Origin: an uncultured Chlamydiales bacterium
GTDB taxonomy: Bacteria; Chlamydiota; Chlamydiia; Chlamydiales; Rhabdochlamydiaceae
NCBI GenBank assembly: GCA_963700985.1
Contig: OY969554.1
Location: 864,001-928,000, forward strand
Direction of reading: 5' to 3'
Length of the DNA stretch: 64,000 nucleotides
The notes beneath the pieces were generated by a model. That model searched no databases and was not told where the DNA came from. It saw only the letters and a list, made by a program, of their open reading frames with translations. Position 1 is the stretch's first letter; each line of letters starts with the position of its first letter. Positions 57,286 through 64,000 of the stretch are shown in pieces. A program made the position numbers and the translations under genes.

Positions 57286-58635
57286 TCAATTGAACAGCTC
57301 AGCTACTTGAATGACTGTATCAAATCCGTTTGGAGTCATTATCCATGCAATATACCCTCTTCCTGGTGCAGAGAAATTGTAGGTATATCCAAAACATGAC
57401 TCCCCTTGAAACGAAAGACGCTGAGAATCAGACCAGCTCCGAGTTGCTGTTGAAAAGGAAACTCCGAAAATCACACCACGCCCTTTCTTTGCTTGTTGCC
57501 AGATCATGACAAAATTTCCTTTTCCATCAGGCTTCAAGTCAGGCCACACGCATTCAGCATCACCTGAAGAAAATAGAATTGGGCTTTCCCAAGGCTGATC
57601 AGCTGCTTTATAAATAGTTTTTATAGCTTCAAATCTGTTGATAGTTACTTGGCTTGCTATCATTACATTGGCAGAACTATCTATAGCAATGTCAAATTCC
57701 GATAAGTCATCATCATCATCTGCAAAAATAAGAGTTGGGGACCAAGAGTTTTCGGTTTTAACTATAGCACTCGCTCTGTCATCTCTATCAACATAAGCAA
57801 TCGCAAGGTCCCCTTTTTCATTAATATCGGCTTTTATATCACTAACTCTTTCATTCAATGAGCAAACGAACTCAGGTTTTGAAATAAAATTTCCATTTAC
57901 GATTTTTTGGCACATTAATGATTTATTATCTGATTTATAATCAGCCCAAATAACATATCCTACGCCATTTTTATTTATGGCAATTCTGATTTGGGAAACA
58001 CTAAGACTATTTTCTAAAGGCAGGATATTAGATTTCAGGTCGATTTCGCCTGGGGCTTTTGAAAAAAGTGCGAGAGCAGAAAATATTGTTTTATAGTTAT
58101 ATACATCCGTTGGTTTCAGTGTACAGGGTACAGTTGCTTCGCCGATAAAAATTAAATTTCCGACGGAATCACATGCCTCATCTGAAGTAAAGAACTCTTC
58201 ATCAGGCGGAGCCCAGGTAAAACGAAAATCCCACGATTTTTCTTTTGCTTTTTCGGCAAAATGCAATCTAGATAACATGGCTTTTGGCTCCTTCTCTTCT
58301 TCTATCTCTGTTTCCCACTTAGCAAACAGATCGCCTTCTGCATTGATAAAACAACAATGACTATCAAGGTCTTTTTCCCAGCTTGTTAGATGTTCTGGTG
58401 AAGACCAGAAAGAGTTTGGTGTTTTATGCGAGACCTCGAGCCTATCATCTTTTCCTTCTCTTGAACGCCAACTTAAAACGGCAGCCCCATTTTCATTAGT
58501 AGAAATAACAGGATCGTAAGCGATCACACTTGGATCAGACAATGTCACAGGATCAGAGCAGCTCAGGGCCCAAACTTGCGCACAGGACATCATTATCAAA
58601 CCGATCAACATTCTCTTAAACATGGGTTCCTCCAT
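57286..58635 (-). CDS. Secreted repeat (probable beta-propeller) protein
   Basis: Signal peptide; repeated I..N..G.....W and WS.P..L units. Confidence 0.65.
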   Translation of the reverse strand: MEEPMFKRMLIGLIMMSCAQVWALSCSDPVTLSDPSVIAYDPVISTNENGAAVLSWRSREGKDDRLEVSHKTPNSFWSSPEHLTSWEKDLDSHCCFINAEGDLFAKWETEIEEEKEPKAMLSRLHFAEKAKEKSWDFRFTWAPPDEEFFTSDEACDSVGNLIFIGEATVPCTLKPTDVYNYKTIFSALALFSKAPGEIDLKSNILPLENSLSVSQIRIAINKNGVGYVIWADYKSDNKSLMCQKIVNGNFISKPEFVCSLNERVSDIKADINEKGDLAIAYVDRDDRASAIVKTENSWSPTLIFADDDDDLSEFDIAIDSSANVMIASQVTINRFEAIKTIYKAADQPWESPILFSSGDAECVWPDLKPDGKGNFVMIWQQAKKGRGVIFGVSFSTATRSWSDSQRLSFQGESCFGYTYNFSAPGRGYIAWIMTPNGFDTVIQVAELFN

Positions 58636-58793
58636 CTAATAAAAGAACCAACATAGCACAAAAAGTCAATTTCGGGTGAAACCCCTACACTCGTATTAAT
58701 TCAGTTGGATGCTTTCAGAAGTTTTGATTGGGAAAAATCAAAAACGGATCTATCCTATTTTTTAGATATCAAATCAAAACCAGAGAGATTGCT

Positions 58794-59225
58794 ATGACGC
58801 TGATCGAAAAAATCAATCTTGGGATTAAAGAAGCAATGCGGAGTCGAGACCAGATTAGGCTCAACACCCTGCGCATGCTTAAATCCAAAATATTAGCCGT
58901 TGATGCCAGAGCCACTCTCCCCGACTCAGAAGTTTTAAAACTATTCAAAACTTACTATAGCAACCTCCAAGAAGCCCGCGATCAATCTGCCGGCCGGCCC
59001 GAGATGGTGGAACAATTAGAAAAGGAAATAGAGATCGTTCAGGAGTTTCTACCTAAAGCCCTCTCCGCAGAAGAAACCCAAAAAATCGTCGTTCAAGCCA
59101 TTGCCGATTCTGGAGCTAAGACGAAGAAGGATCTAGGACTCGTGATGAAGGGCATCATGAAAATCAACAATACGGTGGACGGAAAGTTAGCCAAAGAACT
59201 GGCCGAAAAGCTGCTGAATGATTAA
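58794..59225 (+). CDS. GatB/YqeY domain protein
   Basis: KEAMRSRD.IRL.TLRMLKS, FLPKALS and DLGLVMK motifs. Confidence 0.9.
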   Translation: MTLIEKINLGIKEAMRSRDQIRLNTLRMLKSKILAVDARATLPDSEVLKLFKTYYSNLQEARDQSAGRPEMVEQLEKEIEIVQEFLPKALSAEETQKIVVQAIADSGAKTKKDLGLVMKGIMKINNTVDGKLAKELAEKLLND

Positions 59226-59253
59226 AGCTAATAACTTCTTAATCTACTCAATC

Positions 59254-60222
59254 TTAATCTATCCAGTGGACAAAATCTTGCTCTAAAACATGACCAAACG
59301 CTTTCTGCATCTCGCCCATGAATTTTTTACAAATGGGATCATCGGCACAGAGATCTTCAAGAGAAACTTTCTGATCTAGTTGCTCTTGCACTTGAAAGTT
59401 TATTCGCTGAAATAACGAGCCCATAAAGATCGCTCTTTGAGCTTCGCGTTGAGGAGTTTGCAATCTACCAAATCTTTTCTTTTCCTCTTTTCGTGCTTCC
59501 TCATCTATCACAACAGTTTTACGCATGGCAACTAGTCCAAAATCCCCCAAATAAGCTCCCGTTACGCGTTTTGATGTCTGATCAATTTTTAGAAACACAT
59601 TTGCATCTTTGATATCTCCATGTTGTATCCAGTCACCCACTGGATCTTCTCCTTCTAGGGCTATCAACGCATACACAAGATCTTTAACAATGACTTTTAT
59701 GTCTTCTAACGAGCAACGATGAAGATGTTTTGAAAGATCTGTATCATATAGTTCTCCATAATAAAAGAACTGATGACTGATAGATCCATCAAACATCCAA
59801 AATTGACCGCTTGCATGATTATGGATTTGTGCGATTCCCCTTTTATTCTTAAGCGCTAACATCGCGTTAATCTCATCCCGTCCCACACATGCACAGGCAT
59901 ACGCTTTTCTGGTTCTCAGATGCCAGGCTTTATACACCGTTTTAGTCAACCCCACGCCTACTTCCGAATCTGTCATCTGTAAAATATCGCGATTTGGCCA
60001 AGCTATCACTGTGCCTTCTGGATGAAAGAACGTCTTTGAACGCTCAAATTTGCTGCCAATCTCCTCTTCTTTTTTAATTAGAGCGTCTATCTCTTTTGCT
60101 ATGTCCTCATGAGATGATGCTTTTGCCACCTTTTCCAAAGATGGAATTTCAGTACTTTGCTTAACCGAAACTATAGGCGCAGGAATCTGAATGCCTCTTT
60201 CTAGATCAACGATCATCGCCAT
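59254..60222 (-). CDS. Atypical eukaryote-like protein kinase domain protein (candidate effector)
   Basis: VGVGLTKTVYK Gly loop, HGDIKDAN catalytic loop and DFG; the beta-3 Lys appears replaced (AYACA). Confidence 0.7.
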   Translation of the reverse strand: MAMIVDLERGIQIPAPIVSVKQSTEIPSLEKVAKASSHEDIAKEIDALIKKEEEIGSKFERSKTFFHPEGTVIAWPNRDILQMTDSEVGVGLTKTVYKAWHLRTRKAYACACVGRDEINAMLALKNKRGIAQIHNHASGQFWMFDGSISHQFFYYGELYDTDLSKHLHRCSLEDIKVIVKDLVYALIALEGEDPVGDWIQHGDIKDANVFLKIDQTSKRVTGAYLGDFGLVAMRKTVVIDEEARKEEKKRFGRLQTPQREAQRAIFMGSLFQRINFQVQEQLDQKVSLEDLCADDPICKKFMGEMQKAFGHVLEQDFVHWID

Positions 60223-60341
60223 AAAAACCTCTATTTTTTATTTAAAGTTTTATTATTATAGATTATCAAAAATTAAATATCAATCTTTTAAATAAAAAAT
60301 TAAAGTAATTATTATATCATATTAAGAGTAAAAATGGGAAA

Positions 60342-60363
60342 CTTGGGGCAGTAAAGCCCCAAG
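60342..60363 (-). terminator. Terminator hairpin downstream of the SDR gene
   Basis: CTTGGGGC-AGTAAA-GCCCCAAG. Confidence 0.55.
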
Positions 60364-60372
60364 CATGAGTAA

Positions 60373-61128
60373 TTAAGCGTTAGTGCCGCCATCAACAGTC
60401 AGATTCGCACCATGGATATAGGATGACTCAGGTCCAGCGATGAAAGCCACAAGAGCTGCAACTTCGTCTACAGTTCCATATCGACCAAGCGGAACGTTTG
60501 CTATCTGCCCCTTAGCCCAGTCACCTGAGGCGGGGTTGAGATCGGTATCGATCGGTCCTGGCTGAACGTTATTGACTGTAATACCGCGCCCCACTAGCTC
60601 GCGAGCCAGCCCTTGTGTAAACATTTTGATGGCTCCCTTTGTTGCTGAATAGGATGCCATGGCAGGAATCAACACATGATCTCCCACGCATGATCCGATC
60701 ATAATAATGCGTCCACCAGCTTTCATGTGTTTAAGCGCTGCCTGAGTGGCTACGAAGGTGCCACGCACGTTGATTGCGAAAACGCGATCAAACTCTTCGA
60801 GGGTTGTCTCCTCAACTGTTTTTGGAATAGCCGTGCCAGCATTGTTCACCAGGATGTCGAGCCGACCAAACGTAGCGACCGTTTTTTCAACAGCTTTCTT
60901 CACCGCATTCGCATCGGCTGCATCTGCCTGAATTGCTAGCGCCTTCCCTCCCGCTTTCTCAATCTCTTTGACCACTGAGGCTGCCGCATCTGCGCCTTTC
61001 GAGTATGTAATCGCGACACTTGCCCCTTCGCAGGCTAAACGCTTGGCAATAGCCGCGCCTATGCTCCGCGATGCGCCAGTAACGAGGGCGACTTTGCCCT
61101 TCAGGTTTCCTTCTTTATTGTTGCTCAT
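60373..61128 (-). CDS. Classical SDR oxidoreductase (BdcA/YjgI-like)
   Basis: TGASRSIG, NNAG, YSATK and VQPGPIDTDLNP motifs. Confidence 0.92.
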   Translation of the reverse strand: MSNNKEGNLKGKVALVTGASRSIGAAIAKRLACEGASVAITYSKGADAAASVVKEIEKAGGKALAIQADAADANAVKKAVEKTVATFGRLDILVNNAGTAIPKTVEETTLEEFDRVFAINVRGTFVATQAALKHMKAGGRIIMIGSCVGDHVLIPAMASYSATKGAIKMFTQGLARELVGRGITVNNVQPGPIDTDLNPASGDWAKGQIANVPLGRYGTVDEVAALVAFIAGPESSYIHGANLTVDGGTNA

Positions 61129-61314
61129 ACTTTTTATCCTTGTCTGATTGGTTCAATTTTGAATCCCAGCGACATCCCGAGAAATTATTAGGGACTCTTG
61201 TTCGCATCCTACATCCCCACGCTTCAATTGATCAAGGAGAGGATTTTCCTTGATCCTATCGAGGAGCTCGCTCATAAATAAATATTTATTGGATGAATGG
61301 TTAACGGTAACCCC

Positions 61315-64000
61315 ATGACTGCCTGGTCTGCCCGAAAGGCTGTATTTTCACTCGCGCTGATGAGCATCCCTGCATGGGCGTATAGCGACTGCGGCGGTAC
61401 TGCTACTACATGGACTGGAACCGGCACGGACATAAATTGGACTACCACGGGGAATTGGAGTTCGACAAGTTCCCTTTGCTTTCCGAATAATCCGGCCGAT
61501 ATCGCTATTTTCCCCTCCACTGGTCAGACAACCGTAACCCAAAATGCCGGGGTTATCGAATTGGATCAGATCCAATTTCAGGTAGGCGGTTATACCCTTA
61601 ATAGTGGCACGGGCACGAACACCATTACTTTTCCATCAGCTTCCACCACCCCTGGCATCTCGATTTCGACTTCAGCTACGGCAAGCGAAACGATCAATGT
61701 GCCCCTTCTTGTGAATAACAGTGCCACCCAAATTCTAATTAATGCAGGCAGTGGAAACACTGGCACGTTAAATTTTGGTGATGATGTAACAGTAACGAGC
61801 GCTGGATTGTCTATTCCCAACCAAGGAAATCCAAACGTCGTTAACTTTAACGGAAATCTCAACCTCAATTCGAGCACGTTATCGAGCTCCAACGCGACTA
61901 ATTATGCATCTTTTTCTTCGACGGGAACTCTCGTTAATGTTGCAACAGCCCTGACTGTTGGCAGCGGCAATACGGTCACAAACACGAATACCGGAAATAT
62001 CTCTGGCGGATCTTCGGGAGGCGGAACAGGGAGTGAATTTGTAGGCACAGGCATTATCACGATCAGCGGAGGCAGTGTCACTAACAGCAACCAGGGCACG
62101 ATCACAACAGGTAGTTCGACTACAACAAGTTCTACTGGTGCTACTTTAGGATCAAGAGCTGGGTTAACGATCACTTCGGGATCTTTGATCAATCAAAATA
62201 CCGGTGCGGTTAGTGGCATAACGGCAGGAAGCGAGACGAATGTCGGTGGCACTATTGCTGTTTTGGGTGCATTCAATAGCGCTGGGGCTTTTTCTCAAAT
62301 AAATAGCGGGATCATCACTGCCGGAGCCGTCGGGTGTGAGGCCTTCTCAACAGGAGATATTAACATTACGGGCGGCACTTTTTTCATTCAGAATCAGAGT
62401 TCAATTACAGATGCGACCGGAAATGAACTAGTTAGCCAGGGTGCATTCACAATGAGCGCTGGCACCTATACGCAGATAAATAGCAGCAGTGTTACTACGG
62501 GTGTTTCTGCACCAAGCGTAGGAATTGGTTGCAACTTGCAAGCCACAAGCATAAGCGTCTCTGGTGGAACACTCACGAACTCGAATACGGGCGCCATTTC
62601 TACAACACCCTCCGCAACTCCTTCGACGGGAAGCGTAATTTTAGCTGACACGATAGCTATCAGTGGCACTGCAATCGTCACAAATAATGCGAGTACGAAT
62701 AGTGTAGATGCAAATAGCTTTGGAACTCTTATTCAAGGTGGGACTTCCATCAATATTAGCGGCAACGGCCAACTTATCGCAAATAATAATGCGAGTAACG
62801 GCCTGCAAGACATGGTTCAAAGTAATGCGATAAATGTGAATAGCGGCGGAACTTTATCGGGAACAGGCCTTTACGCTGGAGCCAATGCTGGATCGACAAC
62901 TCCACTGGCCACTACAACAGTGACGAATGCGGGCACCGTGGAACCCTATAGTGGCACAACCCCTGGAACAATGACGATCAATGGCACGTATTCCCAGACC
63001 GGAACCCTCATAATCGATCTTTTTAATACCTCTACGTTCTCCCAGCTAAATGTGACTGGGAGCGGCACTACCACACTAGGCGGAGTTCTAGATGTTGATT
63101 TCGTGGCTGGAAACACCGTGCAAAGCGGAGATTCTTTTACGATCGTACAAGCAGGGGCAGCAAATACGCTGTCGGGCACATTTTCTAGCTACATTTACAA
63201 CAATCTTCCATCACTTTTGATCCCGAATATCAATTACACAGAGGGACTAAATGGGAATGTCAATCTGTCTTTTACTGCTTGCACTCAAAATAAGACCTGG
63301 GCCGGGTTGGGAACACCAAACGACACTTGGTCGAATGCATTAAATTGGAGTCCTAACTGTATTCCCAATGGTGTAACGGACATTGCTACTTTTGCAGGGA
63401 GCAGTCCATTAACAATTACTCAGGACCTCGGGGGCATCACCCTAGAAGAAATTAGCTTTACCAATGGAAATTATACCATAAATGGCCCATCCCCTGACTC
63501 GATTACGTTTTCAAACAATCCTTCTTTCTTAACGATCGCACCTCCCACCACGGCATCATCACTGACGGAAACAATCAATGTTCCAGTAATCATAGATTCG
63601 CTTTCGGCATCGATAAATATCAATTCAGGCTCCGGTCAGACAGGCACCTTAACATTTGGTGGCAATGTAACGATCAACGATGGTTCTGCGCCTGGCGCCA
63701 CGCTGACTGTTACCAATCAAGGCAACCCTCTGGCAGTCAACTTTTCAGGAACAAATCTGACTATCGATCAAGGCGTCCTATCGAATATCAACGGCTCTTC
63801 ATTCAGCGGTCTGACAGGCAGCACAGTTACTGTCATAACTCCGGTTGTAAGCGTCGGGGTAAACAGCAGCTTAAACAATGAAAATCTGAATTCTGCCGCC
63901 ATCTCATCAAGCGGTAATGGAGCAGAGTTTTTTTTCAGCAACCCTTTAACGATTAATGGCGGGGATGTCACAAATAGCAATGCAGGTGCAATTACTACTT
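61315..64000 (+). CDS. Giant autotransporter/adhesin-like beta-helix protein, runs off the window (absent from ORF track)
   Basis: Open frame of about 895 codons from MTAWSARKAVFSLALMSIPAWAYS (signal peptide; alternative ATG 61297); G/S/T/N-rich repeats; W..G..W....NW cap motif occurs twice. Confidence 0.88.
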   Translation, partial: MTAWSARKAVFSLALMSIPAWAYSDCGGTATTWTGTGTDINWTTTGNWSSTSSLCFPNNPADIAIFPSTGQTTVTQNAGVIELDQIQFQVGGYTLNSGTGTNTITFPSASTTPGISISTSATASETINVPLLVNNSATQILINAGSGNTGTLNFGDDVTVTSAGLSIPNQGNPNVVNFNGNLNLNSSTLSSSNATNYASFSSTGTLVNVATALTVGSGNTVTNTNTGNISGGSSGGGTGSEFVGTGIITISGGSVTNSNQGTITTGSSTTTSSTGATLGSRAGLTITSGSLINQNTGAVSGITAGSETNVGGTIAVLGAFNSAGAFSQINSGIITAGAVGCEAFSTGDINITGGTFFIQNQSSITDATGNELVSQGAFTMSAGTYTQINSSSVTTGVSAPSVGIGCNLQATSISVSGGTLTNSNTGAISTTPSATPSTGSVILADTIAISGTAIVTNNASTNSVDANSFGTLIQGGTSINISGNGQLIANNNASNGLQDMVQSNAINVNSGGTLSGTGLYAGANAGSTTPLATTTVTNAGTVEPYSGTTPGTMTINGTYSQTGTLIIDLFNTSTFSQLNVTGSGTTTLGGVLDVDFVAGNTVQSGDSFTIVQAGAANTLSGTFSSYIYNNLPSLLIPNINYTEGLNGNVNLSFTACTQNKTWAGLGTPNDTWSNALNWSPNCIPNGVTDIATFAGSSPLTITQDLGGITLEEISFTNGNYTINGPSPDSITFSNNPSFLTIAPPTTASSLTETINVPVIIDSLSASININSGSGQTGTLTFGGNVTINDGSAPGATLTVTNQGNPLAVNFSGTNLTIDQGVLSNINGSSFSGLTGSTVTVITPVVSVGVNSSLNNENLNSAAISSSGNGAEFFFSNPLTINGGDVTNSNAGAITT

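Noticed and set aside
58794-59225. Functional link between YqeY and the nearby AspRS-YbaK
   Set aside because: Opposite strands, separated by two unrelated genes; no operon evidence.
61272-63980. Series of minus-strand Val/Pro-rich ORFs in the ORF track
   Set aside because: They are antisense shadows of the long plus-strand adhesin frame starting at 61315.
1-64000. CRISPR arrays, tRNA/rRNA genes, intact IS or phage genes
   Set aside because: No regularly spaced direct repeats, cloverleaf or rRNA signatures, or transposase/integrase motifs were recognised by eye; tRNAscan/Infernal were not run.

Overview
Gene-dense bacterial chromosome segment, most consistent with an environmental member of the Chlamydiota. 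This placement is inferred from a CADD orthologue with Tyr27, a stand-alone SWIB protein, an aroD-aroE fusion and many orphan effector-like ORFs. The window holds a TpsB end and surface-glycan/lipid A modification genes (GT-A, LicD, O-antigen ligase, PagL). It also holds adk, a shikimate cluster (aroC/K/A/B back-to-back with aroDE), msrA, CADD, mutM, an alr-amino acid ABC operon, a desaturase, dusB, uup, and an archaeal-type AspRS fused to a YbaK domain. An unterminated giant autotransporter-like adhesin gene at the right end is missed by the ORF track. The best candidate for an undescribed system lies at about 46.4-54.1 kb. There, two ~850-aa paralogues with an unknown N-terminal half and a Cys/Met-type PLP domain flank an ATP-grasp ligase, next to a 2OG-Fe(II) oxygenase; a Bcr/CflA exporter lies upstream at 42.3 kb. 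Other oddities are a circularly permuted D-amino-acid oxidase, a cNMP-CPBP fusion, a 164-bp palindromic MITE-like element, a poly-G-frameshifted sialidase, and two small genes not in the ORF track. No rRNA, tRNA, CRISPR array or intact transposase was recognised. All calls come from motif reading; no database searches were run.
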